A stretch of 64,000 bases of DNA from Utricularia gibba (lineage: Eukaryota; Plantae; Magnoliophyta), in the NCBI GenBank assembly GCA_002189035.1, contig CM007991.1:3410001-3474000 (forward strand), read 5' to 3'. Both the position numbers and the translations under genes were made by a program. How positions within the stretch are numbered: position 1 is the first letter of the stretch; the number at the start of each line of letters is the position of its first letter. The notes beneath the pieces were generated by a model. It was given only the letters and a program-made list of their open reading frames with translations, did no database searches and was not told the DNA's origin. Below are positions 25,640-38,071 of the stretch, in pieces.

Positions 25640-26210
25640 CCAAGTCACACAACATGGGTTGCCCTCTCAACATTCAAAACGAGAAAAAAAAAACATATTC
25701 GCTGCCTTTTTCAATGGAGCTTACGCCATTCACACGATCAAACACACACAATGAAAAAAAAAGATATCCCATTTGAGATAATTTGCTGAAAATTCAGATC
25801 CCATTGATCCGAGTGACGTTGTATAGATTAATCTATGTTTGATTGATTGGATTATGAAGGTTTAATACGTAACGTATGATGGGTTGAGTGAATACATAAA
25901 AAACGTAAGTATATGAGAAATATGAATTATATTAAAAATATTATATTCGAATAATTTACTTATACATTTGATTATTTTAATTTTGTAATATTATATAATT
26001 AGATAACTGCAAATGTATCTTTTTTTTTTGTTTTTTTAGAGCGATGACTGAGTTTAGGAAACTACAACTGCGGTGAAATGGTCTTTATCGTTATTTTTAA
26101 ATCCATTTGAAGTTGTGCGAGCTTAATTTGTCTACATATAGCGGGTTCATGTTGGTACGACACGCAATCGAAAGGATTGTTGGGAGGAGAAAAAGGGGTT
26201 TCAAGCAATC

Positions 26211-27469
26211 ATGGAAGTGGAAATAATGAGCACCGCCACCGACGGCTCGCCGGGGGACGCCGATGCCGACGTCCCTCTTCCCGGATTCCGATTTAATCCC
26301 ACCGACGAGGAGCTTGTCAGCTTCTACCTTCGCCGAAAGGTCGCCAAAAAGCCTATGAATCCTGAAGTCATCAAGCATGCTGATATTTACAAACACGACC
26401 CTTGGATCTTGTAGGTGCGTCTGGTTCCTCGTTCTTTCGATCTCGTAATAGAATCTAGTTGGTGTGTGTAAGTCGTCTTCCCTGAGTTCACGCAACTTGG
26501 TTGCACCGTACAACGTTGCAATCAGTCTGTGATGATTTCTCGTAGGCTGCTGAACCAATGAAAATGCTGTATTAAAATTTTTTATTGAATTCCTGGGAAT
26601 GCGATTTCAGGTTGTAGTAAAGGTAAAGGTATGGCGGAAAGAGAGTGGTATTTCTTTTGCAAGAGAGGAAGAAAGTACAGAAATAGCATCCGCCCTAATC
26701 GAGTTACCGGATCAGGTTTCTGGAAAGCTACCGGAATCGATCGCCCGGTAACCTCAGCATCCGGCGGGCACATCATCGGGCTCAAAAAATCACTTGTTTA
26801 CTACATGGGAAGTGCCGGGAAAGGGACTAAAACAGAGTGGATGATGCATGAGTTCCGGCTGCCTCCGCCCTCCGCCTCCGCCTCCAAATCCTCCGACGAT
26901 GAGGCGGTAGGATCCTAATTTCACTATTTCAATCGTGAATCATATAAGCCATCCCAAGAACGATGCTATTCACTTCACATGGCTGAATGTAACCGTGACA
27001 AACATCACATGATTCTAAACACATGGTCATGCAGGAGGTTTGGACGCTATGTCGCCTACTGAGGAGAAGCGCAACGCGAAGCAAGAGTCTACCTGAATAT
27101 AAAGCTCCGTCATCATCTTCGAAAATCTCCGACGTGTTTGACTCCAAAGCTGTTCTGCAACCCGACCAGTGCTGCTCGGAGAACAGCAGCATTGGCTCCA
27201 GCGACTGCAGAAGCAGGTTCATCAACTTCTGTCCGGAATCGGGGTCTCAATGCGAGAATGAAAAACCCTACAGCGCTCAACCAGCCTTGCAATTCGGAAA
27301 GCATCAATTCTGGGGACAACCCTCCGGCGGGGTGCTGCAACCTATTCCCATGTTGTCATCATCGTGTATCGAAGAGCTCTTGAAGCACGCAGACTGGGAG
27401 GATCTCATCTCAGTTGTGAACTATGGTAATGCCATGGGCAATTACTTGTATCCTCCAGGGAGCTCATGA
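26211..27469 (+). CDS. JUB1: NAC transcription factor, JUB1/ANAC042-like (apparent 1-nt deletion at 26404)
   Basis: [23 protein letters not shown]; [35 protein letters not shown]; [29 protein letters not shown]; EVWTLCR. Three exons (introns ~26415-26610 and ~26907-27034). Confidence 0.88.
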
Positions 27470-27769
27470 CTTAGTCTCTAGGTTTGCTATACGTTTGCAG
27501 TATATAGTCATGTTACATAGCGAAACATAAATCAGATGGTTTTGCTATTTGATTCTATCAAGAGATCTTAATACAGATCCACATATAATCAAGTTTATAC
27601 ATATATTATTGTTTGATTAACTAGTTGATGTGGAACTAGATGGGTATGTGCAGCATGTAGATGAAATCGATCAACGTGAAAATTTGGATGGTTATGACAA
27701 TTTGAAAAGTAGGCAACGTTAGACATTTTTGGCAAAGTTTGAAAAGTGGTTGAGCAGTGTATGGTTATA

Positions 27770-27817
27770 CATCAGCAAGATCACAGTAGGATTCATCAGC
27801 AAGATCACAGTAGGATT
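27770..27817. repeat. Perfect 24-bp tandem duplication
   Basis: CATCAGCAAGATCACAGTAGGATT x2. Confidence 0.95.
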
Positions 27818-29407
27818 CTCAAGCATAGAAATTAACCGATATCTACAGAATTTGATCGTATCGATTCTATCTATATATATAATAAAGTTTGAAAAAAAAA
27901 TAGTTGAACTATTTATAATATTACTTGTATAGTTCACTATTTATTCTATATTAGTGAAATCCATTTTTTCCAGTAAACTTTAACATCTTCGTGATTTTTT
28001 CATATCTTAGTGGTTTTCACGTAAAAACCCTTATGTTGTTTTATTTCTTTCACTCCCGCCATTCACCCGAAATCGATATTTTCCAAATCGGATCCTTCAA
28101 AGCCCAATTTACAACCCAAAAACCAATCGAGTCCAATGGTATAGATTTTCAACCACAACACTAGTATATGCATATTAATCTTGTAAATATTATATATAAA
28201 TAGAATGGTGTTAGTTATATGTATACTATTCATATAATCAAATTTACACTTTTTTATATCAAATATTACATACAATTGAATTATATTTAAATATATTAAT
28301 ACATTGCTAACCATATTTATTACTGTGGTAAAACGAGCCGACAACGGCGGTGGTGGGGAGCACCGGTATCATCCTTTCACGAGGCACGGTGCCAGCGGGG
28401 ATCCATCTCCACGGCCTGGCCTTCTGGAATCTGCTCTCTTCCAATGTGAAGTGTCGAGAAATCTCATTTATTACAACACAAACGTCTTTGTCCCCATCCA
28501 AGAATTCAAATCCCATACAATTATTCAGCGCCGCGATAATGCGATTACACATCATAACAACTGTTCCTGCGTCCCACCAAGTCGAATTTAGATATACTTC
28601 AAAGAACCGTACCCGATTCCCATACCCGTGTCCTCTCATGATTCACTTTATCAGAAAGATGAATAAGTTTCATAAGAGAGAAGGGAAGGGAAGGGAGAGG
28701 AATCTGCTTCCACCGGATAAAATCATTACTGACAGTACCATCCTTGACTGCTATCAGAGTTATGTCCTGGCCACCGGAGATTCGTTCTCGATATACCCAA
28801 TATTTTTTTTTAATGTGGTTGACTGGTAGACGAACGGATGAAGCATTCATTCAATAGGGTGATGGTCATCGTGCCCGTTTCCACCCGGGTCGGAGACCCG
28901 TACCCGTGCCCAGTTGGAGTGTGCCATTGCATGGCTTTTTTGTTAGGGTAATTACCATGGTGTTTGCACGTAATCCAGGGGTTTGAGTTAATCGGCCCGG
29001 CGGAAGAGGGGAGTCTCCGGTGAATACAAAACGACCGGCTAACGAATGGGGAAGAGAGAGAGAAATCACCGGCTTTTCTGGTAACCGCTAATGTGTATTT
29101 ATATCTGTCGTCTTTATAGTTCCTGCGTTTCCTTTCTTCAACACAAACAACTTTGGCCTCTGGCATCTCTCTTTCTCTCTCTGCGGGAAAAACAGTATCT
29201 TCTCTCTCCATACATCCACACGTATGTTATTATATATGCTGGTGTGGTTGTGAGCGAGGGGGCGTGCGTGTTAATGGCGGTTGAGAGTAATTTGCTTCTT
29301 CCTCCGAGGCTTATTGGGATCAGGTAAAAGTTGTGGTTTTTTTCTTCCTTCTGGGATTGGGTTTTAGCCATGGCATTGGTCTTGACTTTGTTTGTGTGAT
29401 TAGGGAA

Positions 29408-30308
29408 ATGTTTGGGATGAACTGTGTTGACGGAATCGGAGGTGGATACGGGATTCCCCTATCACGGCAGTCGATGGCAACGGAGATGATGTTGCCGGTG
29501 TACGGTGATGGGATGTGTGACACGCATCTGGTGCCGGCGCCACCGGCGATGGATTCTGGGAGTAGTTTGACATATGGCGCGGTTGCTCCGCCATCGAGGA
29601 AACGGTGTCGGGAAAACGTGTTTACGGACAACGGCAGTTTATTGTCGTTTCTCGGCGAAGATCTCTCGCTTCTTTTTCAACTGCAGCAGATGGAGATCGA
29701 TCGGCTAATTGCTCATCATGTAAGTAGTTTTTCATTTGTGTGTGTTCGTCGTCAAAATAAAAATACCGAATTTAAAACGTTTAATTTTATTGCAGACGGA
29801 GAAAATGAGAGCCGAAGTGGAGGTGCGGCGGAGGAGATGTTCGCGGCGGATCGCGGCGGCGGTGGAAGAAAGCGTAATGAAGAAGCTGAAAGATAAAGAC
29901 GAAGAAATCGAGAAAATGGGAAAATTGAACTGGGCTTTGGAGGAAAGAGTGAAATCGCTCTCATTCGAGAACCAAATTTGGAAGGAGTTGGCCTCCACAA
30001 GCGAGGCGACGGCCAACGCCCTCCGAAGCAATCTCCAGCAAGTTCTGGAACAAGTTCAAGACGTGAAACGCTGCAACCAAAACGACGACGCAGAGTCGAG
30101 TTGCGGCAGCAGCTCCGCCGTGAACCCATCCGCGTCACCGGCAGATCGACGCCTCTGTAGAAGCTGCCACAGCGAAGAATCCTCCGTGCTCCTCCTCCCC
30201 TGCCGCCACCTTTCCCTCTGCACCATGTGCGCCGCGTCGCGCGACACGTGTCCCGTGTGTAACGTCGTTAAAACCGGCAGCGTCTGTTTGAATCTCGCCG
30301 GTGTTTAG
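29408..30308 (+). CDS. BRG: BOI-related / S-RNase-binding RING E3 ubiquitin ligase (BRG family)
   Basis: SGSSLTY, SFLGEDLS, QQMEIDRLIAHH/TEKMRAEV, coiled coil LNWALEERVKSL...ANALRSNLQQVL, DDAESSC and RING CRSCHSEESSVLLLPCRHLSLCTMC...CPVC. Intron 29720-29795. Confidence 0.92.
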
Positions 30309-33300
30309 TCGCCGGAAAAAAACAAAAAAACCTAAAATATTGTACCGCGGTTGTTGCCCTTCCCACAGTTGGAATACAAAAAAAAAAAAAAAAAAGAAAC
30401 CTTTAATCAATTGCCACTAAATATCTCAGCACCTTGTTGAAGCACTTCCCGGTCGGCCACTGCACTGCCCACTCCCCCGAACCGCGCACGATAGCACAGA
30501 GCGACGTGGGCCGAGGTACTGTCTTCAGCTGCAAAGGCTAACGTGCGTGCAGCATGATCTCCGACACGTGGGACTCCGGTGAAGTGTCCGTAGTAAATGT
30601 GGAGACGACAGACACTACTAAATAATCCCCTTCATTACACAAATCGGATGGGATTCATCATTTTGGATCGGATTGCATTGCACCACAATGTGACCATTCG
30701 TAGCTTCCAAAACGTCGTCGTCGTATGGCGGGGTGGGCTAATCATGGATTGGGACGCACAATTTGTTCCACCTCAAATGATTGAAAACTCGGGCTATAAA
30801 TGAGCCCGATCGATCACCCATCCATTCCTTCCCAACGCTACAAAAGCAAAACCGAAAGCATGCCTTGTTTGTTTTCGGATGGTGGTACTCCTTTTCAGAT
30901 TCCAGAACGATCATCGCAACTGCAAGTGCTCTCTCGCTTTCCTCTCCTCATCCCATCCATCAAGACCATTCCCTTTTCTTTGCCCCATTTTACCCCTGAA
31001 TGAATGAATGAAATTAGATACAATTAACGTTATCTTATATTAGTTATGAATGAAAAGAATACGTGAAACAAGAACATAAAACTATGAGTGTTGAGTGATC
31101 TAAATGAACAACATCTAGAAAATAGATGATGCATCATTATATTTGAGAGACTCTATTTACATGATATTATTAAATTATAGCTTACCATACTTCCCAAATA
31201 GCTATAATATATATTTTTTTAATTGAATAGTAAGAAAGACTGAGTAAGAGACACGGGGTCCCACAGCCGGCGAGTACAATGGGGAAAGAGCGTTTGTGTA
31301 AGTAATGGCGCTGTCCGAAGGGTGGGCCCCACGAGATGATGACCCTCTGTCTCTTTTGGACCGGCAATCAATCTTTACCGCCCACGCACGTGACTTGTGA
31401 GCACCGCGCCCCAACTCGGTCAACCGTGTTAGATAGAGTTGGGATGTAACCACGACCTAATCGCATTGTGTGGGCTGCCTTCCATGATCTTGATGGATGT
31501 GAAGGGTTAGGGATGTTATAAACTATTCAAATTCATATTTGATTAATTTAACAAAAGAACACAACCCAGATCGATATGATTTTATTCATTTATGATATCA
31601 ATTGTATCGAAGTTCCATATTTTGAGTTGATGAACAATGAAAACATTATTCAATCTTATAAAGAATATTTTGATTATATGTTGCAACATTTGAAGAAGAG
31701 ATAAAATTGTAATAAAAACGCCTTAATTTTTGTTATTAATATAAATAGTTTAATTTTAAAATTTTAAAAACATATTAAAAGTGAACCGATTCACGATCTT
31801 ATAAATCGATTTTGGTTTCAAATCTAACAAAATTTCATGATAATGGTTTTCATATTCATGTCTTAAGTTCGGCGAAAGTGATGATACCCCTGTTAGGTAT
31901 CAAGTTTTCACGTCTAGTATAATTCAAAGTGGGGATGATCACATTCATATATAGTGTGATGCATGGTTATAATAGTATTAAAATCAAAATCAATTTATTT
32001 TAATAATATGAGAGGTTAAACATATAATTTTATAAATTTGGTAATAATTTATTTATAAAAAAAAAGTAAATTGGGGTACATCATATAATTTTGAAACTTA
32101 TGTGTTAAATTTTTTATACTGATGGTAAATGGGAGTGATTCTTGTAAATTTCAGCCTTTGAATAAATAAATAATGTAAAAAATAATATACTGATGAACAG
32201 TAAATAAAGCCATAGGTATTTTCTTACATATAAGAAATGGTCCAGGTGACACGTGCGAGGAAAGGTAAAGAAGGTGTGCAGCGCAGCGCAGCAGGAGGGG
32301 TAATTGGCGCCCATGTTGACTGCCTCATAACACTACCTTGTGAGGCAGGGGGCAGGGGGTGTGTGGGTGGGGGGAGGTGCCCCCCCATCTACGGACGGAC
32401 ATATCTACCCATATTAATTAGGAACCAACATCTTGTGCCTCCTCGTTGCTCCAGTCACACTCACGCCATCACACACACAGAAGCATTATTTTATTACAAT
32501 CCAGAATCCAATAACTAAGTCGGTACTCATCATCCATCCATCTTCACAAAATAAAGAAAATGGGGAGTGGGCGGGCCCCACATTGTCTTAAAATAAAGCA
32601 AATCTGAATCATGGTCGTCCTCGCATTTAACACACCATCAAAATTATTCAACTTTCATTTCTAAATTATGGAGGACGGTAAGCTTTGAACCGAGTAACTG
32701 CATTAAACTCGAATTATTTTAATATATATATAAATAAGTTAAATTATAATTCCATCATGATTAAAATATTTTTTTAAAAAAAGTAAGCAATTCAATCATA
32801 GTCTGAATTATAGTATCGAAAACCATTTATGAAAATGGTTCACAATTTTTGTCACACGTAATAAAAAATCAATAATTTTCTATTTCATTTGTATAATTTT
32901 AAAAATTATAACTTTTTTTATAAATAACATTTTTACTCTAGAAATACGAGTTTAATAACAATAGTTATTTATTTGATATCTCAATTTACCCATGAATCAC
33001 ATATTAATTTATACTACCAATAATAAATACATATTTTATAATTTATAATTTATAGTAAAAAAAGAGTTAATTGCAGTAGGGTAGAAGAAGAATAAGAAGC
33101 AGCCATTTTTGAAAAGTAACCATCTGATATTTTATCTCACACACTACAACTAATTTTTTACATCTAGAAATATCATTTCCCACATGCAATTAAAGTAGTA
33201 TGATTAATTTTCAAATTCATCCAATCATATGATAGGGTGTGGATTGTTTTCTACTTGTTTTTTTTTCTAATGAAAATGTGTTGTATCTGGGGCCTGGGGC

Positions 33301-33725
33301 CCACAAGACAAATAATTGTTGTAAAGTTGGTTGGTGTGGGGCTAAAAGGAATTAATAGATCCTTGGAGGCACTTTTATTAATTATGATACACAATGGACC
33401 ACCACCCCTCCCATCCAAAAATCACTTACAACCATTTAAATCCCTCCAATAATTACAAAAAAAAGAGATAATAATAAAGCCCTGCCATGCCCTTTTTCTT
33501 TTTTGTTTGTAGGTAGCAATAATTGGAGACTTCATTCAAGATCCATGTTCCAATGTTGGCCAAACTTTTTATACAACTCATGGGGGAATGAGATTAGACG
33601 GATGTCACACTTGCAATATCTTATCTTCATGCCCCATGTTATGATGATGATAATGAGTACTGTCCAAAGGGCAGGCATGTCTAAAGTGTATTATTGCAGT
33701 GAGGTTTGATGCAAAAATAATTTTG

Positions 33726-34085
33726 GGGTTGCGTTTGGTAGGGAGTAATTGTAGGGAGTTGATATATTTAAAAAGTATTATTTCTTAAGAATTTAAAGGT
33801 TATACTCTTGAAAAAAAATTAATTTTGAAGGTGTGTTTGATAGGGAATAATTGTAGGGAGTTGATACAACTGCTGGTTGGATTCGAAGAATATTGTGTAT
33901 TTAAATATTATATTCTAAAAAAATTAATTTTGAAGGATATTATTTATTGAGGATTTAAAGATTATACTCTTGAAAAACAAATATTTTTGAAGGTGTGTTT
34001 GATAGGAAATAATTATAGGGAGTTGATATAACTAGGGGTTGGAATTGAAGAATATTATTTATTGAGAATTTAAATAGTGTTTGAA
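33726..34085. repeat. Degenerate tandem units, possibly a MITE/Harbinger-derived remnant
   Basis: TTTG(G/A)TAGG(G/A)A(G/A)TAATT(G/A)TAGGGAGTTGATA occurs three times (~33736, 33837, 33999) and TATACTCTTGAAAAA twice. The segment starts GGGTTGCGTTTGGT; no matching right TIR was found. Confidence 0.5.
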
Positions 34086-35045
34086 GTTTTTTTTTAAATG
34101 TAAATCAGTAACTATTTGTATTGAAAAATAGTGTTTTAAATACTTTAATTCAATTTAAACGAGGACTTGATGTGTATCAATTCAAATCCGTGACTTTTAA
34201 TATTTTGAAATTTAAATAATTATATATTTATTTTGTAATTTATTTATAATTGATTAAATCAGATTCAATTCATTACAAAATTAATTTAACCTAAAACCGC
34301 AATTAAACCCTAGTATAGGCCAATTTTAAACAGATGGATTCTTTCCTTTTTCTTTTTGAGGTTGGAATAGAAACAAGCATATGTTGAATTGGTTAGAAAG
34401 AATGATGAGACACTACAAAAGTTGGCAGTGGATTTGGTTTTGTGAAAGATAAAGGGGATTGTGAATGGGAGATCTTTATTCCTCCTCACTCCACTGCTGT
34501 GTTTTTATGTTTTCAAAAGATGGCATTGTTTTTTCATTGATATTGGCATCCTTGTAGCCTAGAAAAAGGCAAAGAATCTACTTTTGAAACATGTCACAGA
34601 GATGGGGTAAGCAAGCAGCAGCAGGAGCAGCAGCATCTTTGAGCATCGGGCATGTGGAGGGAGTAGATTTTGCTCTCTTCTTTTGTGAGACACACGCCAT
34701 CCACCCACCATCCTTCTGAGAGACTGACTGACTGACTCGACTTCTTATGGCACTAGGAATATCGATGGGTGCAGGGGAGCGAAGCTCAGCAGATTACTGC
34801 GTGATGGATCAGTGTTTTGAAGGTGTTTGGGGGTTTTCTTAGAAAGCAAACCTGATCTCCAATCCCCATCTCAGTCACTTCTGGTTGTGGTTCACCTTCA
34901 TCATTTTGTCACAGCAACCCCCCACCTAAGAAGTAATGACACCCCCCATGGGGCCATACAAATTACAACCCATCTTCCTTTTGATTAACATGGAGCTTGA
35001 CATCAAGAAATGGTTTATCTGAGAGGACTAATCTAAGCCAAGGGG

Positions 35046-35047
<2 letters not shown>

Positions 35048-35101
<54 letters not shown>
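35048..35101. repeat. (GAT)18 microsatellite
   Basis: Read directly from the sequence. Confidence 0.97.
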
Positions 35102-35102
<1 letters not shown>

Positions 35103-36705
35103 ATGGGTGTTGATGGGTCCATCTGCTAAGAAGACAAAATGGTGGCATAAATGCTGGGCAGCCATCCACATCCACTTACCAAGGGGCCAAATCAGAGAAA
35201 AGCAAACACTGATTTGTGAGGCCAAGGAAAGGAATGGGGTGGTATTTCTTTCTTTCTTTCGAGGTGGCTTGAAGTGACACATTAAACATATATTATATGT
35301 TATCCCCTCCTGTGATGCTTATAAGTCACGGATCCACATCCAACCACCAAACCTGATGGTGAATTAAGAAAAGAAGAGAAAGGGAAGACGATAAGGGTGA
35401 AGTGGGGTTGTCTTCTGCTGCTGCATCAGTACCTGCTGCCATGTGTTTCCAAAAGTCTCTTGCAAATCGTGTTTGTCTCTACTCTTGTATTATCTTCCAA
35501 AGCAACCCCCATATTCCCTCCCAAATCCCATTACTCAACCCAAGAATTCAGAGGTGGTAGGGACAACCAAGGAAAAAAAACACACACACCATTCAAATAA
35601 AAAGAAGAAAAGTTAAGTTTTTTTTTTGGACTTTTGACTTAGTAACACCACCACAGCACTAGCTGATATGACACCCACCTATCTGTTTCTTTTTTTTCTT
35701 GACCCAAGTGGCAAGCTTCAGAGAAGATAAGAAAAAGGAGGGGAGATTAAAAGTCAGAATATTTTAACTTTGGGGCCATGAGGGAAGGGAATAAATGGTA
35801 GTGGAGCCTCTGAAGGCCAAGGAGCGAGGCATGACAGATGAAATTTCAGTCAGAACTGGTGAAATCTGATTCATAAGATTTATATTCACTGCAGGAATGG
35901 TAATAATAATACACAGGCGCAGGTCTGTTCAGTGACGCTGCTGCTGCATGGCGCTTCATTGAGCCACTCCACTACACCCCCTAGAGAAGAAGAATCAATG
36001 AACGTGATGGGCTTTTTCATGGAATCCAATAAATGTTGTTGTATCATTTCAGAGTTTCGATAAAGATAAAGATGCTTTGAATCGCATCCCTTGCATGATA
36101 TGGACTCTGCAGACAAGGTTAATGCCCTGCTGCATCGCCATGAATGATGATGTCTAGTAACCACCCGCCCAAAAGGCCTAATTTCACGGTGTAAGGTGGG
36201 TTGCCCAAAAGGCCTCGCCTTGGGCTCTGGTAGGAGCTCCGAATGCAAAATGTCTGAAACTGAGTAAACCAAAGCTGAGATTGCACTTCCAGAAGCCGTG
36301 AAGTCGCCCAACTTCCATAGCCCACACCACAAAACGTTCGTGTGTTCGGATGCAAACCACCAAGAAGATGATCACAACAAGCACCGAGGAGAAAACTCTG
36401 GGTCATGGGGTCAATACTACTGAAGCCAAACCAGACCAGACACAGCGAAAGTGCTGAGAAGTTCTTGAACGTGGAGGTGCCAACCGAATCCATTACGATA
36501 TGACCAGCCCAGCTACGACCACTCACATGCTATAGTTTCGCGTTGCTTGTCTACAATCCATGCTTCTTGAAAATGGGTTGTGTCAAAACACCAGCTTCAA
36601 GAACATGGATTAACCAGCACATTTTCAAAAGCGAACAAAACTAACTAAAATCGACGGTACGGTGGGTGGGTCTATATGTTCATGGATGAAGACGAATCGA
36701 GAACT

Positions 36706-36800
36706 TGGCATCAGAAGTGGGTCGACAAGCACATCACACGAAGGATAAGTGAAAGACAGTACAGCAAATGAAACAAGGTCAGGGAATTCATCACTCGCCA
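36706..36800 (-). ncRNA. Candidate box C/D snoRNA-like element (no target identified)
   Basis: Minus strand: TGGCG-A-GTGATGA...GTGATGT...CTGA-TGCCA, i.e. C, C'-like and D boxes with a 5-bp terminal stem in K-turn geometry; 95 nt. Confidence 0.3.
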
Positions 36801-37056
36801 TAGCAAACCCGCAAGGAAAGCTAATGAGACACTGCTCACTGTGTACACAGACAAAGCATGAACAGTCTTCGACAATGATTCTTGAAACGAACAATGAGGC
36901 GCAAATGGGGTAAATCAAGGAGGCATAAAAAACTAGACTGATTGTTCAATGAGCACGGATTTTCCAATTCCAGGAATTGACAAAGAGAATCTATGGAAGA
37001 TGAAGAATACGCAAAAAGCAACAGAAGGCATCGTACTAAGATGCGCGTAATTCTTC

Positions 37057-37463
37057 TCAAAACCTAAGCTTGGAGAAAAACCAACGATTCTTCCCGGTTT
37101 TGAACCTTTCTTCGAACCTGGATTTGATCTCCTTGCAGGTGGTCTTCTTCTTGTCATGCCCAACGAGTGAATCTACAGTGACGACATCTTTGAGATCCAC
37201 ATCGAGGGTGTACCGCGTGGGCATGATATGGTTGTAGTTGACGAGCTTGATAAACGCCTTGACCCGGGATTTCTTCGCCTGTTTTTTTGCTGAATCCTTG
37301 CGAATCACCTTGCTCGGGTACTTGGCGATTCCGGCAACGAGGCAGTGGCCGTAGGGCGGTCGCGGGTCCCATCGTCAAAATTCTTCACAATCACCGCCTT
37401 GTGGCCGGCGAAGCGGCCCTGGAGGAGAATCACCGCCTTGTTCGGCTTCAGAAACTTCACCAT
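37057..37463 (-). CDS. RPL27: 60S ribosomal protein L27 (eL27), intronless; apparent 1-nt deletion at ~37355
   Basis: [37 protein letters not shown][[16 protein letters not shown]][32 protein letters not shown]...[11 protein letters not shown]. The span is 407 nt, against 408 needed for 135 aa plus stop. Confidence 0.95.
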
Positions 37464-37519
37464 TTTGCCTGCAAGAGAGCTACACGATCTGCGGACGGCT
37501 AGGGTTATCAGCAATTCAC

Positions 37520-37592
37520 TTTATATACATAGCTGTTGCGGCAAACCCTAAGCCCATTTTTCATGGGCCGCACTAATATTCCAAATTGGGCC
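37520..37592 (-). promoter_or_regulatory. Ribosomal-protein-type promoter: TATA, telo-box and site II elements
   Basis: TTTATATA 37520-37527, AAACCCTAA 37543-37551, GCCCAT 37552, TGGGCC 37564 and 37587. Confidence 0.75.
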
Positions 37593-38071
37593 AGTAATTT
37601 TCTTTAATCATGAATTTATGGTATATATCATAATGATTTAAATAATTAAAAAATGATGAAACTCTCAAATAATTTATAATTCAAAATAATTCAATCCTAA
37701 TTTAAATATTATTTTATCGAATTTAATCAAATTTTTACTCAAATGACCTAACCCAAATAAGGCTGTAATAACATTAATTGAATCCCATATTAATTATGAA
37801 TAGAATATAATAATAATTTATATAAAATGATCATATCTAATCTGACTTTTCATTGAGAATGAAGAACATAAAACTATGAAAATTAATTATATGAAAGAAA
37901 TAATATTATGCGAATAGATATTATGTGATTATTGATTGGCCACTTACCAAATTAGAAAGTTATTGCCCATTGATTTGAATCGCCTCCAAGGATCCGATAA
38001 GGAAGCTAAAAGGTAGGATTTTTTCCACAACCCCAGCCTACAGCCTCGAGGAGAGGCCTGGGAGGATAACA

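Larger units (their letters stand above)
21288..26060 (+). repeat. Tandem segmental duplication, copy B
   Basis: Matches copy A throughout and ends ~150 nt upstream of the NAC start codon at 26211. Confidence 0.92.

Noticed and set aside
26404-26414. In-frame TAG in JUB1 exon 1 suggesting a pseudogene
   Set aside because: The stop disappears when one G is restored (PWDLV plus a phase-1 intron), fitting the window-wide homopolymer pattern.
34780-34800. Partial miR390-complementary site (CTGAGCTT) suggesting a TAS3 locus
   Set aside because: No tasiARF sequence or second miR390 site was found, and pairing beyond 8 nt is poor.
34817-34838. miR395-like string TTGAAGGTGTTTGGGGGTTTTC
   Set aside because: It has an indel and a 3' mismatch relative to miR395, and no complementary arm.
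35028-35282. 84-aa minus-strand ORF with an 18-His tract
   Set aside because: The His run is just the (GAT)18 microsatellite; the rest has no recognisable protein features.
36144-36263. Plus-strand ATGATGA...CTGA (C/D-like), and a similar pair at ~55715-55775 on the minus strand
   Set aside because: Neither has a terminal stem or K-turn register.
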